Below, piece by piece: positions 37,565 to 45,744 of a stretch of 50,983 bases of DNA. The notes under the pieces are model-generated. The model was not told where the DNA came from. It saw only the letters and a list, made by a program, of their open reading frames with translations, and made no database searches. The translations under genes were made by a program, and so were the position numbers. The stretch comes from Candidatus Latescibacterota bacterium. GTDB lineage: Bacteria > JAAXHH01 > JABIQT01. Every line of letters starts with the position of its first letter. Position 1 is the first letter of the stretch. Location: positions 1 through 50,983 of the forward strand of contig JABIQT010000051.1 in assembly GCA_018667995.1 (NCBI GenBank). Reading direction: 5' to 3'.

Positions 37565-37723
37565 CTACCAGCGCCTGGCTCTTCTACGACGCTTGTCCCA
37601 CCCACGCGGATACCGCTTACGGCTTCTAATGGGCTCAGGGGTCGGACCTATCGTGCTGTACGAGGACGTGAGCGTTACGTTTGCAATGCGACCGTAACGG
37701 TATAGCCTGGGCGCTTCATACAT
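37565..37723 (-). CDS. Lasso-leader-bearing precursor-like peptide C (52 aa, not in the ORF track)
   Basis: My translation of the minus strand: MYEAPRLYRYGRIANVTLTSSYSTIGPTPEPIRSRKRYPRGWDKRRRRARRW*. It matches Y2-xx-P5-x-L7-x3-G11-x5-T17-x exactly. A consensus AGGAGG lies 9 nt upstream of the ATG. It sits directly upstream of cyclase 2. Confidence 0.75.
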   Translation of the reverse strand: MYEAPRLYRYGRIANVTLTSSYSTIGPTPEPIRSRKRYPRGWDKRRRRARRW

Positions 37724-37796
37724 GGCGGTGTCCCTCCTACTGCATAACGGGGAAAGCGACTTTCTGTATCGAAAGATACCTGAATCAACCCCACAA

Positions 37797-37816
37797 ACAA
37801 TAAGGGGAACCCCTAA
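37797..37816 (-). repeat. Conserved upstream block copy 2 (plus strand acaataaggggaacccctaa)
   Basis: 74-93 nt upstream of the peptide C start. On the minus strand it reads TTAGGGGTTCCCCTTATTGT, containing the inverted repeat AGGGG/CCCCT. Confidence 0.3.
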
Positions 37817-37938
37817 ATGCTCAATATATTGGCTGAGTTTACCTCTGAATAGAACTCAGAGAAGACGCCTCGATTCTGCAGTCACTGTCAGGACGGTATC
37901 GTCTAGTGTTTCCCAGGACTGAATACCTCCTACCGGTG

Positions 37939-39411
37939 CTAAAAGACCGGTTTTTCTGGTGCCGGATCGGAAGGTCCCTGCAGGTTGAAGTTGCCGTTCC
38001 CGGGCCAGCGCATGGTGTAATCTTTGCTGCCATCGCGCCGATAACCGGCATTCCAGTATGTGCTCGCCGCCATCCATTCGAGGAGCGTCACTAACATTTG
38101 TGATTTGGTTTCCGAAGCGGCAGGCTCAGACCAGATATTCCAGAGTTCATCCGGATCTGTTTTCAGATCATATAACTCACCAGATTCCTGGCCGATATAG
38201 TATACGAGCTTGTGATCGGTTCCCCGCATCATGATCTGATAGTTATCCTCACAGAAAACATACTCCCGCGGAGAGGGAGCATTGGCCTGACTGGTGTCGG
38301 CGTATGACAGCAGCGACCGGCCTTCGAGGTAAGTAGGTACCGGAATTCCGACAGCTTCGAGTATCGTCGGTCCTACGTCCATAAGTGATACGAGGTCGTG
38401 TACTTGAGTCGTTCGATTACTGCAGTCAGGGTATCGGATCATCAGTGGGATGTGCGTGATCTGATCATACATGAGCCACTTATACGCCAATGAATGATCT
38501 CCCAGCATTTCACCGTGATCAGAACAGAAAATGACCATACTGTTTTCGAGATAACCTTTCTCGTCAAGTGCTGTCATGATCTCGCCTATCTTTTCGTCCA
38601 CCGTGGTGATCTTTGCGTAATAGTGCCTGCGCATACTCTCCACACGTTCATCGTTCGCGATGTACATGTCGATTCCCGACTCATGGCCGGCATCGGCGAA
38701 GACCTTCTTAAGAGCCTCGTGCTGTGGGGGTTTTTCCTTCAACTCGTTGGGACGGGTCGAAGGCATCGGTATATCTGCATCTTCATAGAGGTCAAGATGT
38801 CTGGGCAGGGGATCCCACGGTTCATGAGGCCCCGTAAAACCAATCTGAAGAAAAACGGGACGATCACCTTTGTGATTCCGAATCCAGTTGAGTGTCGAGT
38901 CACCTATGAAAACATCACTATGAAACCGCTCTTCGTGATGCCATGCGGAACCTTGTAGCTTTCCAGCCCAATCTGGATCGGTCTTGTTTCGATCGTTAGG
39001 TCGCTCGACGCCGTGGAACGACATATATCGTCCCCAGTCGTCATCAGAGCCGCCCGACGCCAGGTTCATATTCGTGGGATTCTCAACGATAATCCGCTCG
39101 TGGAATCCACCAGGTATATCGCGCGGTGTGAAGTGCATCTTACCCATATTGACGCACCAGTATCCATGGTCAGCTAGATCCTGAACCCATGTACGATGCC
39201 CATCCCAGTTATTGAAGCTGTAAACACCCGTAGTGTGCGGGTACATACCCGTGTATATTGCCGCGCGAGAGGCTACACACGTCGCCCCCGGGCAATACGC
39301 TTGACGAAAAGAAACACTTTCACCAACCAGTCTATCCAGCCCAGGGGTGACCATATGCGAATGCCCCCAGGCGCCGATGGTATCGAATCGCTGCTGATCG
39401 GTCATGATCAT
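37939..39411 (-). CDS. Sulfatase family protein (formylglycine-type), apparently cytoplasmic
   Basis: Starts MIMTDQQRFD, the family N-terminal metal-binding motif. Has a C-x-A-x-R maturation motif (TCVASRAAIYTG). The in-frame upstream sequence reaches a stop after 26 codons with no ATG/GTG/TTG, so there is no room for a signal peptide. Confidence 0.8.
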   Translation of the reverse strand: MIMTDQQRFDTIGAWGHSHMVTPGLDRLVGESVSFRQAYCPGATCVASRAAIYTGMYPHTTGVYSFNNWDGHRTWVQDLADHGYWCVNMGKMHFTPRDIPGGFHERIIVENPTNMNLASGGSDDDWGRYMSFHGVERPNDRNKTDPDWAGKLQGSAWHHEERFHSDVFIGDSTLNWIRNHKGDRPVFLQIGFTGPHEPWDPLPRHLDLYEDADIPMPSTRPNELKEKPPQHEALKKVFADAGHESGIDMYIANDERVESMRRHYYAKITTVDEKIGEIMTALDEKGYLENSMVIFCSDHGEMLGDHSLAYKWLMYDQITHIPLMIRYPDCSNRTTQVHDLVSLMDVGPTILEAVGIPVPTYLEGRSLLSYADTSQANAPSPREYVFCEDNYQIMMRGTDHKLVYYIGQESGELYDLKTDPDELWNIWSEPAASETKSQMLVTLLEWMAASTYWNAGYRRDGSKDYTMRWPGNGNFNLQGPSDPAPEKPVF

Positions 39412-39544
39412 TATAATATGAGGCTGTTGAGAGCGAATAATTTCCTCCAGGCTCGGGGTGAAATAGGCTTGATGTTCGTAGGAATTTGGTTAATATAGGG
39501 CAACTTCTCGAATCGTCAAACTGAGGAACCTATACAGGAATACC

Positions 39545-41128
39545 ATGACCAGCACGTTCGATTTACAGAAATATGAGATATCTGTGCCGCACCTGGTACG
39601 CAATGCGGCTCCGGCTCGACTATACGAAGAAGCGCTTCGCTATGAGTCCGGTTCCGCCATTTCAGATATGGGAGCGTTGGTGGTGTCCTCAGGTCCAAAG
39701 ACCGGTAGAAGTCCCGCCGACCGGCGCATAGTGGGCCATGAGGAATCAGAAGCGAATATCTGGTGGGGTGACGTAAACCTGAAACTCACAGAACGGACGT
39801 TCATGGTGAACCGTGAACGGGCCATTGATTACCTGAACACATGCGAACGGCTCTACGTGGTCGATGGATACGCAGGATGGGATCCGGCACATCGGCTGAA
39901 GGTGCGAGTGGTCTGCTCACGTGCCTACCATGCTCTCTTTATGAACAACATGTTGATCAGGCCCAGATCGGCCGAGTTGGATAGCTTCGATGATCCTGAT
40001 TATGTAATCTTCAATAGTGGCCGATTTCCTGCAAATAGATACACATCAGAAATGACATCTGCTACCAGCATAAATCTGAGCTTCGAACGTGGCGAAATTG
40101 TCATTCTTGGTACGGAATATGCCGGTGAAATGAAGAAGGGCGTTTTTTCAGTAATGAATTACCTGATGCCCCTTCGCGACGTCCTGCCCATGCACTGCTC
40201 TGCGAATCAGGGCGAGCGGAGTTCCCTCTTCTTCGGACTGTCAGGGACCGGAAAAACGACATTGTCGGCGGATCCCTCCCGACAGTTGATTGGCGATGAC
40301 GAACATTGCTGGAGTGAAGAGGGGATTTTTAACATCGAAGGTGGATGTTACGCCAAGTGTATAAACCTTTCGCCCGACAAGGAACCGGAGATTTTCAGAG
40401 CGATAGGTTTTGGCACTGTTCTGGAAAATGTAGTATACGACCACGAGACGCAGAAAGTTGACTTCGATGATAGCTCAATCACCGAAAATACAAGAGCGGC
40501 GTATTCAATAGACGGAGTGTCCAATGCTGCCGTCCCCTGTATCGGTGGGCATCCCGAGCACATCATCTTTCTTACCTGCGACGCATTCGGTGTTTTGCCC
40601 CCGGTAAGTAGACTTTCGCCAGCACAGGCCATGTATCATTTTATCAGTGGATACACAGCCAAGGTTGCCGGAACTGAAATGGGCGTCACCGAGCCGGAGG
40701 CAACGTTCTCTGCGTGCTTTGGAGGTGCCTTTATGGTATGGCATCCTGCCAAGTATGCTGAAATGCTTGCGGATAGAATCGAACGTCACGAATCTAAAGT
40801 GTGGCTTGTCAATACAGGCTGGTCGGGGGGAGGATATGGTTCGGGAGAACGGATGCCCTTGATCTACACTCGGGCCATTGTCGACGCCATTCATGACAAT
40901 CTACTTCAGGACGTGGAGTGTATCGAAGATCCGCATTTCGGCCTTAGCATCCCAACATGCTGTCCAGGCGTGCCTGAAAAGGTGATGTTTCCGCGTAATA
41001 CATGGTCTGATCCCACCGAATACGATCAAGCGGCAGCGCATCTTACCCAGTTATTCAGGGAGAACTTTCGCCAGTTTGAATCGGGTGTGGCCCCAGAAAT
41101 CATTGAAGCCGGCCCAATTGATGGATAG
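39545..41128 (+). CDS. pckA: Phosphoenolpyruvate carboxykinase (ATP)
   Basis: 527 aa with the kinase-1a loop GLSGTGKTTLS and the family-wide blocks (IGDDEHCW, NIEGGCYAK, LNTGWSGG-like VNTGWSGGGYG). Confidence 0.9.
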   Translation: MTSTFDLQKYEISVPHLVRNAAPARLYEEALRYESGSAISDMGALVVSSGPKTGRSPADRRIVGHEESEANIWWGDVNLKLTERTFMVNRERAIDYLNTCERLYVVDGYAGWDPAHRLKVRVVCSRAYHALFMNNMLIRPRSAELDSFDDPDYVIFNSGRFPANRYTSEMTSATSINLSFERGEIVILGTEYAGEMKKGVFSVMNYLMPLRDVLPMHCSANQGERSSLFFGLSGTGKTTLSADPSRQLIGDDEHCWSEEGIFNIEGGCYAKCINLSPDKEPEIFRAIGFGTVLENVVYDHETQKVDFDDSSITENTRAAYSIDGVSNAAVPCIGGHPEHIIFLTCDAFGVLPPVSRLSPAQAMYHFISGYTAKVAGTEMGVTEPEATFSACFGGAFMVWHPAKYAEMLADRIERHESKVWLVNTGWSGGGYGSGERMPLIYTRAIVDAIHDNLLQDVECIEDPHFGLSIPTCCPGVPEKVMFPRNTWSDPTEYDQAAAHLTQLFRENFRQFESGVAPEIIEAGPIDG

Positions 41129-41186
41129 GCGAAGATTGCTTTCCAAACGCGGTGACGGCGCGTTCCATGCGTGAATAGGAGCGTAA

Positions 41187-42263
41187 GTGTCTATACGCAT
41201 GCCATATCGCGTCCCCAGGAAACTGCTGTACCTTGCCATCCTGCTCCCTATTCTTGTTCCACTTTCCGTGTCAGCACAACGTGAACCCTTTGGTCCCTTC
41301 GCGGTTCGCGACCAGTTTCCTGTTAAGTTACTGTTTCTGAGCCTACGACCTGATGCAGCGCCTCTGTTGCCAGACGGAAGTCTGCGGCTCTCGACCCAAT
41401 TCGCCTACTCTAATACCTACGCCGTCACTAGTCCCGTTGGCGACCCCACGCGGGCGGCCACCTACTATCAGGCGGCACCGCTCACGGAATATCGTCTCTC
41501 TGTCGATACAGAGACTTTGCGAATAACGTTCGATCTTGGATGGCGGATTGACGATCGATGGCAAATAGGCCTAGAATTCCCACTGATGGTCCAAATGGGC
41601 GGATTCTTGGATTCCACCATAGAAGGATTCCACGGGCTTTTCAATCTCAGTAACGGAGGACGCGAAAACACTCCCCGAAACGACTACGGTGTTTATGTAG
41701 CGCGAAATGCCCGATTCTGGATCTCTGAGCAACAACCGCCACCGGTCAGAATTGGCGATACGGTGGTCAGACTTAAGAGTCCAATCGTAGAAGCCGGAGG
41801 ACGCTTCCCCTCTGTATCTGTACTAACCGCCGTGAAACTGCCAACGGGTAGCTTCGACCACCTGTCTGGCAGTGGCAGCCTGGATCTACAATTGGCCTTG
41901 TTGGTTTCGCAGCGCATCGGGGCTTCTGTTGTATTGCACTACAATCTTGCGAGAACGAAGCTCGGAACTCCAGATCAACACGTGGGTTTCCCCGTCAAAT
42001 CTGCCATTATCTCGCAAATGTTTGCATTTGAGTACATTGCCTCCGACCGACTTTCGGTAATCGGGCAAATTCTCGGCAACACGAGTCCCTTCCCCAAGGG
42101 CATGCTCGGGCCGCTCGATCGAACAGCTTACGAGATCAACGCCGGTATCAAGTACGTCATGAAGGAGGATTTACGACTGGAGGTGGGGTTGATCGAGAAT
42201 GTAAGCCAATTTCAGAATACACCCGATGTGGGAGTACATGCACGTCTCGAACTGACCCTCTAA
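41187..42263 (+). CDS. Hypothetical signal-peptide protein, outer-membrane beta-barrel-like (possibly DUF3187-like)
   Basis: Signal peptide (LLYLAILLPILVPLSVSAQ), alternating-polarity beta-strand-like segments throughout, and a terminal aromatic-poor strand (VHARLELTL). The family assignment is from memory only. Confidence 0.45.
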   Translation: MSIRMPYRVPRKLLYLAILLPILVPLSVSAQREPFGPFAVRDQFPVKLLFLSLRPDAAPLLPDGSLRLSTQFAYSNTYAVTSPVGDPTRAATYYQAAPLTEYRLSVDTETLRITFDLGWRIDDRWQIGLEFPLMVQMGGFLDSTIEGFHGLFNLSNGGRENTPRNDYGVYVARNARFWISEQQPPPVRIGDTVVRLKSPIVEAGGRFPSVSVLTAVKLPTGSFDHLSGSGSLDLQLALLVSQRIGASVVLHYNLARTKLGTPDQHVGFPVKSAIISQMFAFEYIASDRLSVIGQILGNTSPFPKGMLGPLDRTAYEINAGIKYVMKEDLRLEVGLIENVSQFQNTPDVGVHARLELTL

Positions 42264-42279
42264 TAACAATACTGCACGT

Positions 42280-43056
42280 CTACCACTTGAGCACCTGTCG
42301 GAGCCTCTTTGCCTGTGCCCGACTCAAAGGTACCTCGTGTTTAGCTTCGTCATCCATCACTAGACGGTATGTTCCACTAAACCACGGTACTACCTCACTG
42401 ACGCGGTCTATATTGGCGATGTAGCCTCTGTGGACGCGCCAGAATGTCTGAGGATCCAGGTCTTTTTCAAGATCCTCAAGGGTCCGATAGCTGGTCATCC
42501 CCTCAGATGTATCGGTGACCACGGATACCACGCCTTCCTCGATATAGGCGTATACGACATCCGCCACATCTGTCAGTATAATACGCGAATCCCTCTTGAT
42601 TGATATCCGATTGGATTTCGGAGGATCACGAGAAAGATCAACCGTCCGAAGTAGCGCCTCCAGCTGATCTCGAACATCATCAACTCCGGGATGCTCATTG
42701 CGGACACGCTGCACGGCACGCTCCAACAATTGCTCATCGACGGGCTTGAGGAGGTAATCTACGGCATTCACTTCGAATGCCTTCAGTGCATATTGATCGT
42801 AGGCCGTGATGAAAACGATTTTGGGCACATCTCCGCCTGCCTCTGTAACTTTGCGGACAACCTGAAACCCATCAAGTCCTGGCATCTGAATATCGAGCAT
42901 GACGAGATCCGGCTTGAGCCGCTCTATCAGCTCCACCGCCTGCAACCCATTGCTGCCCTTTCCGATTACTGTAACATCTTCGACAGACGCGAGCTGGAAT
43001 GCCAGTTCCTCAAGCGCCAGCGGCTCATCATCAACGATCACCGTACGAATGGACAT
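42280..43056 (-). CDS. LytTR-family response regulator
   Basis: REC domain (MSIRTVIVDDEPLALEEL, MLDIQMPGLDG, VDYLLKP) plus a C-terminal LytTR DNA-binding domain (FWRVHRGYIANIDRV). I prefer the ATG at 43056. The ORF is open to 43083. Confidence 0.85.
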   Translation of the reverse strand: MSIRTVIVDDEPLALEELAFQLASVEDVTVIGKGSNGLQAVELIERLKPDLVMLDIQMPGLDGFQVVRKVTEAGGDVPKIVFITAYDQYALKAFEVNAVDYLLKPVDEQLLERAVQRVRNEHPGVDDVRDQLEALLRTVDLSRDPPKSNRISIKRDSRIILTDVADVVYAYIEEGVVSVVTDTSEGMTSYRTLEDLEKDLDPQTFWRVHRGYIANIDRVSEVVPWFSGTYRLVMDDEAKHEVPLSRAQAKRLRQVLKW

Positions 43057-44404
43057 CCTGCTCTTCTCTCTCTTCCTTAGCAACCAGATCCAGGGGAGCT
43101 CTGTCCGGGATCTTGATTGTTACCCGAGTCCCAGCATCCGGCTGACTGTGAAAGTCCAGGTCGAATTGGCTACCAAAAATAACCATAAGCCTTTCATTCA
43201 CGTTACTGAGCCCGATGCCCGCCGTCATGACTGAATTCAATTTGACCGCTGGTACACCGACACCGTCATCGGCCACCTCAATGACTACGGCATTTTCAAC
43301 TAGACGACTTGAAATCGCAATAGAACCGCCGTCAACCTTCGATGATAGTCCGTGTTTTATCGCATTTTCAACGATAGGCTGTAGCACCATATTCGGGATC
43401 AGCACGTCCAGAGTGTCCGGATCGATATGCCGATTAATCCTTAATTTATCCTTACCGAATCTAACCAATTCTATATCGAGATAGCTGTCAATGAATGCCA
43501 ACTCATCGCGAAGTGTTACCAGATCTTCTTCCGTACTCAGAAGACGACGCAGGATAGTGGATAGTTTCTGCACGATCTGTCGAGCTTTACGGGGATCTGT
43601 CCGCACCGTTGCAGCAATGGAGTTCAGCGTGTTGAACAGGAAGTGAGGATTGATCTGGCTCTGTAAAGCGTCGAATCTCGCTCTGGTTACTAGCGCCGCC
43701 TGCTTTTCAAGCATGGCCTCTATGCGTGTGCTATTCCAGATCTTTAAGGGAATGCCGAGACAGGCCACGGTGCTGACAAATACACCAAAATATACAAGAG
43801 GTCCTTCTGGCGTGAGGCTGAACAGCCAGCCCTCCGAAGCGAAACGTTGACTAACGGTAACTCTGAGGATCTCCATAACGACACACGCGAAGACAAGAGC
43901 CACCTGCCACCTGGGCCGGGAGGTCACAATGCTCGATTTCAGAAATCGGTACACATTCATTAAGGTAATAGGTGAGAAGTTCCAGACAGCATCGCGGGTA
44001 GGACAGGTGATGCTGACCAATCCACCAGCCAGGCCAAACAGGGCACCCATAGGCACTGCCAGCACCTCACCGCTTAAAGCGGGTATAATTCCCAATGCCG
44101 ATCCGGTTACAAATCCTATTAGAGGCCCCGTCAGCAACCCTATCAATAGCGTTCCTGCGAGTGTAATATCAGCACCGGCATACCCTAATAGTAGACGACA
44201 CACCACGCCAATGGCGACCAGTGACCCGAAGAGTGACGCGAATTGCCAGTCCTCTCTGCGGCCCCGTTCCTCCGCCAACAATATGCGTCGAAAGAACGTA
44301 TATCTCACGAGGATCGTCGCCAGGCTGGTCATGACCCCGATCTTCACAAGTAGAGTGACAAGAATAAACTGGTCAGCGCTGAGCAGAATACCAGAGGATA
44401 TCAT
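43031..44404 (-). CDS. LytS/YpdA-type sensor histidine kinase
   Basis: N-terminal multi-TM (5TM-LYT-like) region, a His_kinase (PF06580-type) block FDALQSQINPHFLFNTLNSI, and a C-terminal HATPase domain. Its 3' end overlaps the response-regulator start by about 26 nt. Confidence 0.85.
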   Translation of the reverse strand: MISSGILLSADQFILVTLLVKIGVMTSLATILVRYTFFRRILLAEERGRREDWQFASLFGSLVAIGVVCRLLLGYAGADITLAGTLLIGLLTGPLIGFVTGSALGIIPALSGEVLAVPMGALFGLAGGLVSITCPTRDAVWNFSPITLMNVYRFLKSSIVTSRPRWQVALVFACVVMEILRVTVSQRFASEGWLFSLTPEGPLVYFGVFVSTVACLGIPLKIWNSTRIEAMLEKQAALVTRARFDALQSQINPHFLFNTLNSIAATVRTDPRKARQIVQKLSTILRRLLSTEEDLVTLRDELAFIDSYLDIELVRFGKDKLRINRHIDPDTLDVLIPNMVLQPIVENAIKHGLSSKVDGGSIAISSRLVENAVVIEVADDGVGVPAVKLNSVMTAGIGLSNVNERLMVIFGSQFDLDFHSQPDAGTRVTIKIPDRAPLDLVAKEEREEQDVHSYGDR

Positions 44405-44520
44405 AGAGTAGATCCATCCGCGCAGGCCTGGAAGACCTTCGTCCGGCCATATAACAACCCACTTGAAAACATGGAATCAAGCTAGGATTTAATCCAGGAT
44501 ACTGTCAAGTAAAATCGGGT

Positions 44521-44549
44521 TTGACAATATGTTATGACTGGGATATATA
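44521..44549 (+). promoter_or_regulatory. Candidate sigma-70-type promoter for the riboflavin operon (TTGACA-17 nt-TATATA)
   Basis: Exact TTGACA at 44521-44526, a 17-nt spacer and TATATA at 44544-44549, about 75 nt upstream of the ribD ATG. Confidence 0.4.
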
Positions 44550-44624
44550 GTGGTGTTTCATGCCCCGAGACGGAGTCAATGGCATCTACGTCAGGCGGAA
44601 ATACATAGGAAATAAGGAAAGCTC

Positions 44625-45731
44625 ATGGCATCATCAAATAGTGACGAGAAGTGGATGGCCCGTGCCCTCGAACTGGCCGCTCTTGGACGCGGAAAGACCA
44701 GTCCCAATCCCCTTGTGGGCGCAGTCGTTGTTGCCAATCAATGCCTGATCGGTGAGGGCTACCATCCGGCCGTTGGGCAGGCCCATGCCGAGGTATTCGC
44801 TCTCAATGCGGCAGCCGGAAATACGAAAGGAAGCACGGTGTATGTGACACTGGAGCCATGCAGCTTTCATGGTCGTACTCCTCCCTGCGCCCAAGCCCTG
44901 ATCCAAGCGGGCGTGACTCGTGTCGTGGTAGCAATGGAAGATCCCGATTCACGAGTTTCCGGTAAGGGAATACATTACCTACGCCAGGCCGGTGTGGACG
45001 TCAACGTGGGAGTCCTTGAGCCCGAGGCGCGACAGCTAAATGCCGCTTACATACACCACAGGACATCAGGAAAACCACTTGTTCTCCTCAAGATTGCGCA
45101 GACGCTGGACGGTCAAATTGCCACACAATCCGGTCAGTCCCAGTGGATCACAGGGCAGGAAGCCAGATCTCGCGTCCACCTGATGCGCAGCGAGTCCGAT
45201 GCGGTACTCGTCGGTGTGGGAACAGTGTTGGCGGATGATCCTCTTCTCTCTGTCCGCCACATTGCCGGTCCGCAGCCACGGCGTGTAGTACTCGACACCA
45301 CCGGAAGAACACCATCCCATGCGCGAATTCTTGTGCCGATCGATGACACTACTACTTTGGTATACGTGACCGAGAGGGCCGATCTACGCGAGAGGCGTCG
45401 CATCGAGGCATCGGGGGCTCTCTGTCTCCCAATGCCTCGGTCGGAGGATGGTAAGATAGACATCGGCCACGTATTGTTAGACCTCGGTGAACGAGACATT
45501 ATGGACCTTATGATAGAGGGTGGCCAAGGTATCGCTACTTCATTTCTGAAGGCGAGGGCGGCTCAACGTATGGCATGTTTCGTAGCTCCGAGGTTGTTGG
45601 GCACGGGTATCCCTGCTATCGGAGATCTGGGCATCACTCACATGAATGGAACCGTATGCGTCTCTGACGTCTTGATTGAGCAACTTGGCGACGACCTCTT
45701 GATCTCAGGAACACTTGAATACAACAACTGA
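44625..45731 (+). CDS. ribD: Bifunctional riboflavin biosynthesis deaminase/reductase RibD
   Basis: CMP/dCMP-type deaminase motifs HAEVFAL and LEPCSFHGRTPPC, followed by a RibD C-terminal reductase domain. Confidence 0.9.
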   Translation: MASSNSDEKWMARALELAALGRGKTSPNPLVGAVVVANQCLIGEGYHPAVGQAHAEVFALNAAAGNTKGSTVYVTLEPCSFHGRTPPCAQALIQAGVTRVVVAMEDPDSRVSGKGIHYLRQAGVDVNVGVLEPEARQLNAAYIHHRTSGKPLVLLKIAQTLDGQIATQSGQSQWITGQEARSRVHLMRSESDAVLVGVGTVLADDPLLSVRHIAGPQPRRVVLDTTGRTPSHARILVPIDDTTTLVYVTERADLRERRRIEASGALCLPMPRSEDGKIDIGHVLLDLGERDIMDLMIEGGQGIATSFLKARAAQRMACFVAPRLLGTGIPAIGDLGITHMNGTVCVSDVLIEQLGDDLLISGTLEYNN

Positions 45732-45744
45732 AAGCAGGCCTTGA

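Noticed and set aside
37451-37705. 84-aa plus-strand ORF upstream of cyclase 2
   Set aside because: It is the antisense shadow of peptide C, for the same reasons as above. The minus-strand ORF has AGGAGG and the conserved leader.
44550-44624. Possible FMN riboswitch fragment (ccgagacggagtc...) in the ribD 5' UTR
   Set aside because: It is too short and lacks the conserved RFN helices and the GGGCAGGGTGAAATTCCC-type core. The resemblance is limited to a few nucleotides.
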